Shown: positions 37,875 through 48,568, numbered from the stretch's first letter. The stretch: 55,366 nt of DNA from Alphaproteobacteria bacterium CG_4_10_14_0_8_um_filter_37_21 (GCA_002791835.1 PFNE01000045.1:1-55366), one strand, 5' to 3'. Numbers and translations: made by a program. The notes: generated by a model not told the origin, from the letters alone.

Positions 37875-39425
37875 TTACGTTGATTTTTGGTTGTCTTGCA
37901 AAAAATTGCCAAACCCTAATAAAAATCCACTTACAAAATAAAATCCAATACCAATTATGATCATAAAAACCATTTCACGCATTTCTGAAAGTAGGGATAG
38001 AGTTTCTAATGTGCCATGGTTGGCGATAAAATAACTTTGAATGGTTATAACAAGCCACCCCATACACACAGAAAGTAGAACAATTTTTATAAGATGAATA
38101 AACATCATGCGCGAAAAATGAAATAATCCCTTTTTCATCAACAGATACCCCATTAATAAAACATTCACCCAAGCAGCCATCGAAGTTGCAATGGCCATAC
38201 CGATATGCGCATAAAACTGCATCAAGATAAGGTTTAAGATAATGTTTAAACATAATGTAATGACTCCTACCTTTACAGGTGTTGTTGTGTTTTGCACTGC
38301 AAAAAAGGTAGATGAAAAAACCCGGCTTGCTACATATGCCGGTAATCCTAAAGAAAATGCAGCAAGGGCAGGAGCAGTTTGATTTATTTCATGTATACCA
38401 AATTGACCGTGCCCATACAAAAGCGCAATCAAGGGTCTAGCCAGACAAACCAAGGCAACTGCTGCAGGAATGGTTAGCTGCAAAGACATGAGCAAAGCCG
38501 TTTCTTGTATTTTTAACGCACGTTCTTTTTTATCTGCGCGCCATAATCTGCTAAGTTCAGGCAATAGAGCAGTACCCACTGCAACACCAAACATAGAAAG
38601 GGGTAATTGATTTAAACGATCAGCGTAATATAAATAAGAAATAGATCCAGATTGCAGGAAAGATGCAAGAATCATATCAACAAGCAAATTAATCTGCATA
38701 ACGCCAGCACCAATTGCACCCGGTATCATAAGTTTTAATATCTTGCGAACGGGTTCTGTTAGGGTTGGTATAGCAAGCCTTATGGGTACGCCAAGTCTAC
38801 GCGTTGCTGCATATAACCATAAAAGTTGTGTGAATCCAGCTAATGTAACAGATATTGATACGGCTATGACTGGTTGTGTGTCAAAAAAGCTATAGCTCAT
38901 TAGGGCGATAATCATAAAAATATTTAAGATAATTGGTGTTGCAGAAGCTGCAGCAAATCGATCGTAAGAATTTAAAATACCAGCTAATAAGGCGGATAGA
39001 GACACAAATAATATGAAAGGAAAAGTTAGCCTTACAAGGGTAATACTAAGATCTAATTTTTCTGGTGTATTGACAAAACCAGGGGCGATCATATAAATCA
39101 AAACGGGTGTAAATATGATAATAAATAAGCAGAAAATGGTTAGAGAAAATGCCATAACAGAAAACGTATTTTGCGCAATTTCTTGTGCTTTTTTTTCTCC
39201 CTCTTTTTCTAAAGTTCCCGCAAATTGGGGAACAAATGCTGCATTAAAGGCACCTTCAGCAAAGAAGCGCCTGAAAAAATTTGGAAATTTAAAGGCAACA
39301 ACAAAGGTATCGGTAATCCAACTAGCGCCTAAAATATTAGATAAAAACATTTCCCGTACCATGCCTAAAACACGGCTAAGGCTTGTGAAAAAACCAACAG
39401 TTACAACATTTTTTAAAAGTTTCAT
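37875..39425 (-). CDS. murJ: Lipid II flippase MurJ (MviN)
   Basis: SRVLGMVRE, PNFFRRFFAEGAF..AFVP, YYADRLNQLP. Confidence 0.97.
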   Translation of the reverse strand: MKLLKNVVTVGFFTSLSRVLGMVREMFLSNILGASWITDTFVVAFKFPNFFRRFFAEGAFNAAFVPQFAGTLEKEGEKKAQEIAQNTFSVMAFSLTIFCLFIIIFTPVLIYMIAPGFVNTPEKLDLSITLVRLTFPFILFVSLSALLAGILNSYDRFAAASATPIILNIFMIIALMSYSFFDTQPVIAVSISVTLAGFTQLLWLYAATRRLGVPIRLAIPTLTEPVRKILKLMIPGAIGAGVMQINLLVDMILASFLQSGSISYLYYADRLNQLPLSMFGVAVGTALLPELSRLWRADKKERALKIQETALLMSLQLTIPAAVALVCLARPLIALLYGHGQFGIHEINQTAPALAAFSLGLPAYVASRVFSSTFFAVQNTTTPVKVGVITLCLNIILNLILMQFYAHIGMAIATSMAAWVNVLLMGYLLMKKGLFHFSRMMFIHLIKIVLLSVCMGWLVITIQSYFIANHGTLETLSLLSEMREMVFMIIIGIGFYFVSGFLLGFGNFLQDNQKST

Positions 39426-39437
39426 TCACTTTAAATA

Positions 39438-39452
39438 TTAAAAATTTATTAA
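39438..39452. promoter_or_regulatory. CtrA-like box upstream of murJ
   Basis: TTAA-AAATTTA-TTAA, 13 bp from the start; all-AT context. Confidence 0.3.
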
Positions 39453-39713
39453 TTTAATTCTATAAGAAAAAATGGAATACTCCTAATAAACTTCATATCT
39501 TATATGTTAAAAATATATAAGCGCACTTTTTAGCTGATTGATTTATACAAAAATGGCGAGAAAAATACACCCTGCCGGACAAAGCCATTATATCTTTTTA
39601 TTGTATATTTTTTAGTATTACCACTTTTTTGTTCTTTAAATTTATAACACGCACCTAAATCTCTACGCATATCAAATCTTACACCTTCTGGACGAATTTT
39701 TGTCTGGTTTGTT

Positions 39714-42359
39714 TTATTGTGCGTCTTCATCCAGGTTTATATCAAGCGCAGGCGTATCTTTATTTATTAAACTTTCATAGTAATTGCTGGTTCTATCGAT
39801 CAGTGCTTTTATGAGTGATGCTAAGTCTTTTGCATGCACAATAGGCGCGCCTCTTTCGCTTTCTATCTGATAATTTTCTAGTAAGTATAGTGTTGGCATT
39901 AAGCGAGAATAACGACGCTCTTTTTCTTTTTCATTACCTTTACGTGGGTCTTCGTTGCGAATAAAGCTTTTCATACTTAAATTCATTGCTGTTAAGAATT
40001 CTGTAATACGAACCAGGAGAGTACGCTCCAGGCCTGTTTTTTGCACAAAATCTTTTGGACATTTTTTCTTATTAAAGGTACAACTATTATGCATGCTTTT
40101 ATAAATTAAACTAGGGCCTGCAACCAATGCCATACTTAAGCCCGTGGCAATTGCACCTGTTACAACCGGTGGTTTTGGAATAGGCAACAAATCAAGTGTT
40201 GTTTTAATAGCACCTGCTAAAACATTTTGCACACCACGTTCAAGATCTGCACCATACATGTTGGCAAGACTACCTTTTAACCGCCCTGCAAGCGACCTGT
40301 TTTCCATAGATAAATGCGTGTCGTTGATTTCTAATGTATCTTCAACGGACGCTAAAACATATGATGTATATAAAGAATACATATTTGTTCCTTGGCCGTC
40401 TAACAATGTAGCTCTATCAATATTAAAATTTTCTAAACTTGTAGGATATATTGGATTTAAAAATGCATCAGAATAATCATTAGCGATAATTTGCATGGAT
40501 AACGCATCATATTTTTGATCTTGCAGCGCAAAGAAATATTCTGTTAAAAATTTCAATTGTTCAGGAAGCGTCGTTTTAATTTTTTTTGCAAGAAGTGTAA
40601 ATTGATTTATTTGATTATTGTTATGTTCACGCAAATGTTCATCTAGTAATAAAATGTGCATGTTTGTTAAAAGCGCAAAAGCAAGTTGACGAAGTTTATT
40701 ATATTCGTTCGCTGGAATATTACGATATGCTTTTGAGGATTTTGTAGAATTTTCACCTTCAAAACTTTCAGACATGTCAGATAATTTGCGCATCAATTTT
40801 TCTTGATCTTCTGTTGATGATGCGTTGCGAATTGCTTCTTCTGCCTTTAAATACTCTGGCCCTAGAATAGAAATACATATCTTACTTATAATGGCGTAAA
40901 TCGCATTATAGTTAATTTTGATTGATTCACCCTTTGGTATTTTTGTGGGGTAAACAGGTTTCGGGCCTTGAAGTAAATCAGACAATTTGACAGGTGTTTC
41001 GTCTGTATTCTTGATCTCCAATTTTTCAAGTTGTTTGAAATTTTCAATATAAATATCAATAGAAGCAGGTGTTAGGAATTCCTCTGCTGCATTATCAACC
41101 TCTACTTTGTTTGCAATTGCTTTTGCAGCATCTATTTTTAATCCTGCTTTGTCTGTAATTATTTTAGACAATCCTCTTAGTTGATCTTTTAGCTTATTTG
41201 CAACTTTTGAATTAGATGCTGCAATTTCTTTTTCAAATAAAGTTCTATCTTTTTGTGATAAGCGCATTCTATAGGAAGGATCTAATGCGCAGGCCATAGA
41301 ATATAAGTGTAGGAATACATCTTCTGCTGTTGTGTATTCACTAAAGGCAAAGTATACGGCCTCCTGGTGGAATTCTGCCGCACTTAATAATACCTCAAGT
41401 ACATCAGGATTTTTCTGCAGATAAAGTACGGGTGCGGGTGCAATATCCTTTTTAATTTTTGGATCGATTGTTTGCCAAACGTTTAGAAGGGTTTTAAAAA
41501 ATGAAGGACATTTAGGGTCGTCAACATTGTTTTCACAAATATTAAGCTTATGCATAATATTATCTGCTGGTTGAATTTTCACAGGAACATTTGAAGGACC
41601 ATAAAGCAAGGGACTAAACTGACGATTTTCAGCCGCACCTTTGATAACAGATGTCAATTTTGCGCATGCAGGATCTGCTTTTCCTTTTGTAAGGCTTTCT
41701 TTGCACGTTTTTGTTAGCGTAAAAAGTGGCGTTTCATTTGCGTCTGCTACAATTTCCCTTATTTCATCAGTATCAATCTCATCCCATTCATCATCAAGAT
41801 CTTGATTCTTTTGAGAGTTATATCCTTTGTCAACTAATGTTGCCAGTTCATCAAGAACAGGTTCTATGAAAGCACTACAGCCTTCATCTATTAAAATAAA
41901 TGAGGGTACATTAACATTATTTTTATCTTGTTTGCGAACAATTGTGTCTGGGTGGCATTTATCAATCGCACTTTTTAAGGCTTGTTTGTTTTGCAATAAA
42001 TCACGCCATTTACTGCCTTCTTTAGACCCTATATATTCCATGACATTATAACAACGTGCAGGATACTGTAAGTCACCAGATATTTTTGCAAGGGGTTTAA
42101 TTGCTTTTAATTCAGCAACATATTTATTTGTCCAATTTTTTTTTTGAGCAATACAAAATTTTGCTTCAGCAAGAAATGAAACATCACTTTTAATCTGTTT
42201 ATAAAAATAGCGTGAAAATCGTTCATCTTTGAAAAATGGCTGTAATATATCGTTTTTTTCAGGAGAACCGTCATAGGCAAAAGGGGATTTAATACTTGGA
42301 AATGCAGCTAGGTTGTGTATGTTTATGAGTGTCATAAAAAAGACTATAGCATGCTTCAT
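39714..42359 (-). CDS. Large hypothetical secreted protein (881 aa)
   Basis: Long ORF with a signal-peptide-like start MKHAIVFFMTLINIHNLAA; mostly helical, Cys-rich N-half; no recognised domain. Confidence 0.85.
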   Translation of the reverse strand: MKHAIVFFMTLINIHNLAAFPSIKSPFAYDGSPEKNDILQPFFKDERFSRYFYKQIKSDVSFLAEAKFCIAQKKNWTNKYVAELKAIKPLAKISGDLQYPARCYNVMEYIGSKEGSKWRDLLQNKQALKSAIDKCHPDTIVRKQDKNNVNVPSFILIDEGCSAFIEPVLDELATLVDKGYNSQKNQDLDDEWDEIDTDEIREIVADANETPLFTLTKTCKESLTKGKADPACAKLTSVIKGAAENRQFSPLLYGPSNVPVKIQPADNIMHKLNICENNVDDPKCPSFFKTLLNVWQTIDPKIKKDIAPAPVLYLQKNPDVLEVLLSAAEFHQEAVYFAFSEYTTAEDVFLHLYSMACALDPSYRMRLSQKDRTLFEKEIAASNSKVANKLKDQLRGLSKIITDKAGLKIDAAKAIANKVEVDNAAEEFLTPASIDIYIENFKQLEKLEIKNTDETPVKLSDLLQGPKPVYPTKIPKGESIKINYNAIYAIISKICISILGPEYLKAEEAIRNASSTEDQEKLMRKLSDMSESFEGENSTKSSKAYRNIPANEYNKLRQLAFALLTNMHILLLDEHLREHNNNQINQFTLLAKKIKTTLPEQLKFLTEYFFALQDQKYDALSMQIIANDYSDAFLNPIYPTSLENFNIDRATLLDGQGTNMYSLYTSYVLASVEDTLEINDTHLSMENRSLAGRLKGSLANMYGADLERGVQNVLAGAIKTTLDLLPIPKPPVVTGAIATGLSMALVAGPSLIYKSMHNSCTFNKKKCPKDFVQKTGLERTLLVRITEFLTAMNLSMKSFIRNEDPRKGNEKEKERRYSRLMPTLYLLENYQIESERGAPIVHAKDLASLIKALIDRTSNYYESLINKDTPALDINLDEDAQ

Positions 42360-42607
42360 CGTACTTCGATCTCTAGTGCTCTATTTGTCAGTATGCAAAA
42401 AAAAAGTAAAGATATCGTTAATAACGATTGTTATAATTAAAAACATGCACTGTGTTGCATAAATCAAAAAATTCTTAAGAACACCTGCTAAAATAGCCGC
42501 ATCTAACCCGAGCGCTAAGCAGTTTTTTTTAGCAGAAATACAGGCAGATTCATACAACGTAGCATATTTTTTGCAACACAACCTTTAATATGTGATCAGA
42601 TATTTGT

Positions 42608-44842
42608 TTAATTCACTGGAATTTTCTGTAACAGATTCTCCATAAATGGTAACGCTATTCTTGCACCTGTTGCGTACTCACCCATCGACTTTGGCTGAGG
42701 GTAGCCAATAAAAATACCTATAACCACATTCTTAGTGCCTAAGTTTTTGGTAAATCCGACAATCCATGCGTCTTTACAGTCGTTGGTTGTTCCCGTTTTT
42801 GCACAAAAATCAATTTTGCGCTTGGCACATATTGGTACCAAACGAATAGAGGTGCCGCGCATAACTGCACCTTTTAAAAAATCAATCATGTCGCGCGATA
42901 TACTTTGCTTAACAAGTTCTGTCCTATTATCAAACACTGATGGTTTATCAGCTTTAACGTCATATTCTGATATCAGTTGATTTGATTCATATACAGGCAT
43001 AAATTCTTGTTCGTGTTGATATATTTGCAGACCATTCTTATCTTTAACGGTTGAAATAAAGTGAGGTGTAATTTTTTTTCCACCATTAGCAATAATAGCG
43101 TACCCTGCTGTTAGTTTAAGGAGTGTAGTTTCCCCTGCCCCAAGAGAGAAAGAAAAATCTGTATGCACTTTGTCGTACAAACCAAAACGTTTAGCCATCT
43201 CTCCAACAGCATGCATGCCAATCATTCGTGCTAAATGTACAGTCATTTGATTTCGTGATTTTTCTAAACCAATACGCATAGGGGTTGGCCCGTACGATAG
43301 CCTAGAAATATTTTGCGGTTTATAATATCCAAGGCCTGGACCCAGATAAATATTAACTTCTTTATCATCAATAATTGTATCGCCCTTGTACCCCTTTTCA
43401 AGTGCTGCCATATAAACAAATGGTTTAAAGCATGATCCCGGCTGACGCAGTGCTTGTGTCGCAGCATTAAATTGATTTGCTTGTGCATCAAATCCGCCAG
43501 CTACTGCTAAAACGGCACCTGTATCGGGGTGCATCACAACAATACCCCCTGTGAATTCTGGTACTTGCTGCAATTTAACTGTATCATTTCCAGTTGGTTC
43601 AACAAAAATGATGTCACCAACACACAACAACACATTGCCAGTTTTCAATATTTCAGATGCATCCCCCCAAAAACCATATGAAGATAATTTCATAACACGT
43701 CCATCACTTAGTCCAACGATTGTATGACTTGGTAATATTTTTAAAACTATTGCAATTGGCCACCCTTTATAAACACTTTGCGCTCGCAATATGTTTAGCG
43801 ATTCTCTAAGCTCTGATTTTACCCATTCTTCTTGCGCTACAGGTAGAGTATGTTCTTCTAATTCTAAATGTGTAATGGGGCCACGAAATCCCCTCTTACG
43901 GTCAAGTTTTAGCAAGCCATCACGTAATATATTTTCTGTTAACGCTTGCAGTTCGGGGTCTTGCGTTGTATTAACACTTAAACCTTCTCCGTATACACCT
44001 TGTTCCCCAAATTGTTCTAATAAATCACGGCGAACTTGTTCTGAAAAGTAGTCATAGGGGTTTTCTTCAGTGCTTTTAATAGCAATTAAGTCCTGACTTT
44101 TGGCTAGAAGAAATTCTTTCTTTGTCAGATGTCCATCTTCAAACATGCGCAAAATGACCCAATTACGTCGCTCAAGTGCTTTTGTTTTATGGCGAATAGG
44201 GTCATATGATGAAGGTGCTTTTGGTAATGCTGCAAGATACGCACACTCTTCAATTGTCAGTTCATCTAGCGTTTTATTAAAGTATGTTTGTGCAGCTGCC
44301 AGAACGCCATAACTTTTTGACCCAAGATAAATTTCATTTAAATAAATTTCTAAAATCTGATCTTTTGTTAAGCTATTTTCAATTAAAATAGAGGTTAACG
44401 CCTCTGATACCTTACGTTTTAAGGAAGGGGCATTGCCAATAATAATGTTTTTAACAACCTGTTGCGTAATTGTCGATGCACCTGATGGGCGCTTACCCCA
44501 AGAATTTTTTAGGGTATTTTCAACAGTTGCCCTTATCAAACCAAAAATATCAATACCAGGATGCTTATAAAAATTTTTATCTTCAGCAGACAAAAAAGCA
44601 TGTATCAAGCGTTTAGGAATTTTATATAACGGCGCATACAGGCGTTTTTCCCATGAAATTTCTGTTAGCTGTGAGGAATCTTTGTCATACACACGGGTCA
44701 CAAGGTGCGGCTGATAATCTATGATTTTCTCCGCCTGTGGTCGTTCTGCTTCAAGCATGACATAAAGCGTAAATGCCCCTAATGCGACAACTGTCATTGC
44801 AATAAAAATTTTAAAAAGCATTCTTGCAAAAGAATTTACCAC
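42608..44842 (-). CDS. mrcA: Penicillin-binding protein 1A (bifunctional transglycosylase/transpeptidase)
   Basis: AEDKNFYKHPG, GASTITQQ, RK..E, YLNEIY; SxxK (SCFK), SRN, KTGT. Confidence 0.95.
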   Translation of the reverse strand: MVNSFARMLFKIFIAMTVVALGAFTLYVMLEAERPQAEKIIDYQPHLVTRVYDKDSSQLTEISWEKRLYAPLYKIPKRLIHAFLSAEDKNFYKHPGIDIFGLIRATVENTLKNSWGKRPSGASTITQQVVKNIIIGNAPSLKRKVSEALTSILIENSLTKDQILEIYLNEIYLGSKSYGVLAAAQTYFNKTLDELTIEECAYLAALPKAPSSYDPIRHKTKALERRNWVILRMFEDGHLTKKEFLLAKSQDLIAIKSTEENPYDYFSEQVRRDLLEQFGEQGVYGEGLSVNTTQDPELQALTENILRDGLLKLDRKRGFRGPITHLELEEHTLPVAQEEWVKSELRESLNILRAQSVYKGWPIAIVLKILPSHTIVGLSDGRVMKLSSYGFWGDASEILKTGNVLLCVGDIIFVEPTGNDTVKLQQVPEFTGGIVVMHPDTGAVLAVAGGFDAQANQFNAATQALRQPGSCFKPFVYMAALEKGYKGDTIIDDKEVNIYLGPGLGYYKPQNISRLSYGPTPMRIGLEKSRNQMTVHLARMIGMHAVGEMAKRFGLYDKVHTDFSFSLGAGETTLLKLTAGYAIIANGGKKITPHFISTVKDKNGLQIYQHEQEFMPVYESNQLISEYDVKADKPSVFDNRTELVKQSISRDMIDFLKGAVMRGTSIRLVPICAKRKIDFCAKTGTTNDCKDAWIVGFTKNLGTKNVVIGIFIGYPQPKSMGEYATGARIALPFMENLLQKIPVN

Positions 44843-45071
44843 AATAAAGACAACCCCATAATTTTTTATGATCTTTTTTAGTATTTCCTACTCTAGCACT
44901 TCTATCTAAAAACCCCCAACAGCTTAAAGGCAAAGCCTTCTAACTTTTTGCTATTTTAGTGTACTGATAACGATCTTTTTTTAAAAAAGAATGATCGCCA
45001 CCCTTAAGAAAGATGCGTATTTTCTAGATTTCAGGCAATCGGAAGCCTTTTGCTGATTCATAGAAAACACC

Positions 45072-45938
45072 CTACTTTAGCGGGGGGCTATCCAACCAGG
45101 CTTCGCAACAGCCTTTTGCAAGATTTCGAACACGGGCAATATAAAGTGCACGTTCTGTTACTGAAATAGCACCACGTGCATCAAGCAGGTTAAACATATG
45201 GTTTGCTTTTAAGCATTGATCATAAGCAGGTAAAGCCAAATTGTGGCTTAATAGTTTATAACACTCTTCCTCATGATTAGAAAAATGTTCAAATAATTTA
45301 TCTGTATTAGCGTGTTCAAAATTATAGGCTGAAAATTCTTGCTCATTGCGCTTAAAAATATCAGCATATGTTATTTTTTTTTCACCCTTAGCGCCATTCC
45401 AGTCTAGCTCAAAGTGGCTATCAACCTCTTGAACAAAGGTTGCAATACGTTCTAAACCATAGGTAATTTCTACAGGAACTGGATTACACTGGATACCCCC
45501 AACTTGTTGAAAATAGGTAAACTGAACAATTTCCATACCGTCACACCAAACTTCCCAGCCCAGACCAGCTGCACCTAATGAGGGATTTTCCCAATCATCT
45601 TCAACAAAGCGCATATCATGTGCAGTTGTATCAAGCCCAAAAGCTTGTAAACTTTGAAGTAATAAATCTTGGGGGTTTGATGGTGCTGGTTTCATCAGAA
45701 CCTGAAATTGATAGTAATATTGCGTACGATTAGGATTTTCGCCGTAACGACCATCTGTGGGGCGCCGGCATGGTTGAACGTAGGCACAATTCCATGCATC
45801 CTGGCCTAAGGCGCGTAAAATTGTTGCGGGATGAGACGTGCCTGCCCCAACTTCCAAATCGTAGGGTTGCAAAATACAACAGCCAAGATCTGCCCAAAAT
45901 TTTTGTAAATCAAGAATACTATGTTGAAAAGATTTCAT
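45072..45938 (-). CDS. glyQ: Glycine--tRNA ligase alpha subunit (start likely ATG at 45938)
   Basis: [44 protein letters not shown]. Confidence 0.98.
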   Translation of the reverse strand: MKSFQHSILDLQKFWADLGCCILQPYDLEVGAGTSHPATILRALGQDAWNCAYVQPCRRPTDGRYGENPNRTQYYYQFQVLMKPAPSNPQDLLLQSLQAFGLDTTAHDMRFVEDDWENPSLGAAGLGWEVWCDGMEIVQFTYFQQVGGIQCNPVPVEITYGLERIATFVQEVDSHFELDWNGAKGEKKITYADIFKRNEQEFSAYNFEHANTDKLFEHFSNHEEECYKLLSHNLALPAYDQCLKANHMFNLLDARGAISVTERALYIARVRNLAKGCCEAWLDSPPLK

Positions 45939-46151
45939 AAAAACTGCCGTGCTCTTTAAAAGAGTATGTTTAACGCTACATACATAATATAGCAATCATC
46001 AGCTTAAAACTCCAGACCAACAAACAGTTTTGGATTTATGCAAAAACGACGATGAAATGCATGAAAGAGTTTGCTCAAAAAAAATTAACCCGCAACCCGT
46101 CGTTAGAGACACCTGAAAATTATACAAACCCCGAATTTAAACAATACTTTA

Positions 46152-47150
46152 CTACACACGGCCGTAGGCATTTAAAAACCGTTGATCATTTTCATAAAGT
46201 TGGCGTATATCTTTTATGCCATATTTTAGCATGGTAAGACGCTCTATGCCCATGCCTGCTGCAAATCCTTGATAAATAGTTTTATCAACAGAACAATTGT
46301 CCAAAACATTTGGGTGAATTAAGCCGCAACCTAAAATTTCCATCCAATCACGCCCTTTCATTTTAATATCAACCTCTGCTGAGGGCTCTGTAAAGGGAAA
46401 AAAACTGGGCCTAAAGCGAACGGCTAAATCTTTTTCATCAAAAAAGAAACGCAGGAAATCAATAATAGTTGCCTTCAAATGCCCCATTGTAATATTTTTA
46501 TCAATCACAAAAACTTCTGCTTGGTGGAACATCGGTGTATGCGTGGCGTCAATATCATCACTTCTATAAGCACGGCCCAGCGCTAAAACGCGCATCGGCG
46601 GTTTCTGGTTTTTTAAAATATGCGTTTGAATGTTAGAAGTATGTGTTCGCAGTAAGTTTTTATTATTTGCATCACGACTGTTTAAATAAAAGGTATCTTG
46701 AGATTGCCGTGCAGGGTGATGCTGCGGAATATTTAAAGCATTGAAATTATTATTTTCATCATCAACATCAGGGCCCATTTCAAGCTTAAAGCCTAAGTTG
46801 CCAAAATATGTTTCTATATCTTCCATCACCTGACTTAATAAATGTAACTTACCTTGTGCACGTGGACGGGTTGTTAAGGTAACATCTACAGCTTCTGCAT
46901 TAATTTTTTCATTTAAAATAATATCGTCAAAAAATTCTTTTTTTTGCAAAAAGGCTTGGTTAATATTTTCACGCAAAATATTTAACGCTTTTCCTTTTTC
47001 CTTTTTTTGGTCAACTGTTAAAGATCCCAGCGTTTTCATTTCTTGGGTTAAAAGCCCCGCCTTGCCAAGAAAAAGAATTTTTGCTTTATCAAGTTCATCT
47101 TGCGATTGCAAATTTTCGATCGTCATTTTCCAGTTATCTAGCGTTGTCAT
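46152..47150 (-). CDS. pheS: Phenylalanine--tRNA ligase alpha subunit
   Basis: HPARQSQDTFY, LLRTHTS, HTPMFHQ.E, FPFTEPS.EVD, GMGIERL. Confidence 0.98.
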   Translation of the reverse strand: MTTLDNWKMTIENLQSQDELDKAKILFLGKAGLLTQEMKTLGSLTVDQKKEKGKALNILRENINQAFLQKKEFFDDIILNEKINAEAVDVTLTTRPRAQGKLHLLSQVMEDIETYFGNLGFKLEMGPDVDDENNNFNALNIPQHHPARQSQDTFYLNSRDANNKNLLRTHTSNIQTHILKNQKPPMRVLALGRAYRSDDIDATHTPMFHQAEVFVIDKNITMGHLKATIIDFLRFFFDEKDLAVRFRPSFFPFTEPSAEVDIKMKGRDWMEILGCGLIHPNVLDNCSVDKTIYQGFAAGMGIERLTMLKYGIKDIRQLYENDQRFLNAYGRV

Positions 47151-47254
47151 CTTAAAGCCTTTATGTATTGAATATATTTTTTAAAGTTAAATAAAGTATA
47201 TACATTTTTGCCGAAATTGACCAGATTTAAGAAGCCTTTTAACGGGAAATCCCA

Positions 47255-47827
47255 TCATTCATCCATGATTAAACTATCTATGTATCTGTCTTTAACAAGC
47301 GGATAACTTCGTAAATTAGGTAATTGGTAGTGCCACCACTCAGTTGTAATAAAATCCCAACCCGCAGCTTTCATCAGGCCAAGAAGCATAAATCTATTTC
47401 TTTGAACTGTCATCGGCACGTCTATATTCTTGTGATAAGACAGTTCTGTAAAAGCGTCAAAAGCAGTTCCCATATCAAGGGTGTGACCGTGTTCATCTAA
47501 TAACGTTAAATCAATTGCCACACCACGCGCGTGCCCAAGTGGACCTGTTTCATCTGGCCGTGATACGAAACGCGGATCAGGAACAGCGTCCCACAGTTTT
47601 TGCGCCGCTGCCAAAGGCCGGTAACCATCCCATACTAAAAGTTTATATCCCATTGCTTGGGCCAGATCAGACGCACGTTTCAAGGCATCTGCGGCTTCAT
47701 CTAATAAATATAACTTCGGTTTTTTATAAATAATATTCTTTGTAAAATTATCTAAAGTGCCATATTTAAGGTCTATCTTAATACTGTATTGTTTCTCATC
47801 AATCGGAACTAGGGGCATTGTGCACAT
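47255..47827 (-). CDS. ddpX: D-alanyl-D-alanine dipeptidase (VanX/DdpX, peptidase M15D)
   Basis: WDGYRP, HARGVAIDLTL, DMGTAFD, EWWH. Confidence 0.92.
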   Translation of the reverse strand: MCTMPLVPIDEKQYSIKIDLKYGTLDNFTKNIIYKKPKLYLLDEAADALKRASDLAQAMGYKLLVWDGYRPLAAAQKLWDAVPDPRFVSRPDETGPLGHARGVAIDLTLLDEHGHTLDMGTAFDAFTELSYHKNIDVPMTVQRNRFMLLGLMKAAGWDFITTEWWHYQLPNLRSYPLVKDRYIDSLIMDE

Positions 47828-47889
47828 GACTATAAATTATTGTTTATAGTATCTATAACCAAACCATATAATGCAATGTCATAAATGTA

Positions 47890-48495
47890 TTATGCTTTTT
47901 TAGATAAATCTTTTAAAACTGACGCTTGGCTTCGTAAATTTGACAAAAGACCGATACCCTCAACAACAATATCAAATATTTTATAATCATCACTTTTAAC
48001 TTTAATTATGACAAACTGCGTATTTACAGGGCCCTTTTTACTCTTAAAAACAGCATTATAAGTTAACCTATTTTTCCTTTGACTTAATTTTGGTATCGCG
48101 TTGATATCATCATCTTCAATATTAATAGAGGCAAAAACATCTATTTTTTCTTGCGTGGCATAAATTTTTAACAGGTAGTTTGAAAGTGTGTTCTTAAATT
48201 TTTTAAAATTTTCAGCAGAATATTCTTTAAAATCAAGCCCAAGAGAAAATTTGGCTATATGCGGTATTGAAAAGGCATTTGTCATAATAGTTGCAAATTT
48301 ATTTTTTGCGTCTTCCGTGTGCGTGTCCTGCGTAGCAATTAAACTAGACTTATTTAGCATATTTTTCAAAAAAATAAATGCTTTTTTTTCATCTTCTTGG
48401 TTAAATTCTTGTTGTTTCATAACAAGTTCTTGGGCACATAAAAGTAGATTCATCCCCATAAACATAATACATACACGTAAAAACTTTATGATCAT
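47890..48495 (-). CDS. mlaC: MlaC/Ttg2D family phospholipid-binding periplasmic protein
   Basis: Signal peptide, F....IAKFSLG, YKIFDIVVEGIGL...R. Confidence 0.8.
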   Translation of the reverse strand: MIIKFLRVCIMFMGMNLLLCAQELVMKQQEFNQEDEKKAFIFLKNMLNKSSLIATQDTHTEDAKNKFATIMTNAFSIPHIAKFSLGLDFKEYSAENFKKFKNTLSNYLLKIYATQEKIDVFASINIEDDDINAIPKLSQRKNRLTYNAVFKSKKGPVNTQFVIIKVKSDDYKIFDIVVEGIGLLSNLRSQASVLKDLSKKA

Positions 48496-48552
48496 TGTTG
48501 TCTCCTGACTGTCATGGATAATACCTTACAGATTTAATTATATGCGGATTTG

Positions 48553-48568
48553 GTTAATATTATATTAA
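48553..48568 (-). promoter_or_regulatory. Perfect CtrA box between divergent mlaC and comF
   Basis: Minus strand reads TTAA-TATAATA-TTAAC. Confidence 0.5.

Noticed and set aside
39530-39730. 66-aa ORF between the 881-aa gene and murJ (likewise 42381-42581 and 46052-46237)
   Set aside because: Short, no recognisable features, and overlapping neighbouring genes or repeats; cannot be supported as genes.
45940-46151. Glycine riboswitch or T-box upstream of glyQ
   Set aside because: Only isolated words (TTTCAGG, TCTGGAG) are present, without the ordered aptamer core or a T-box consensus.
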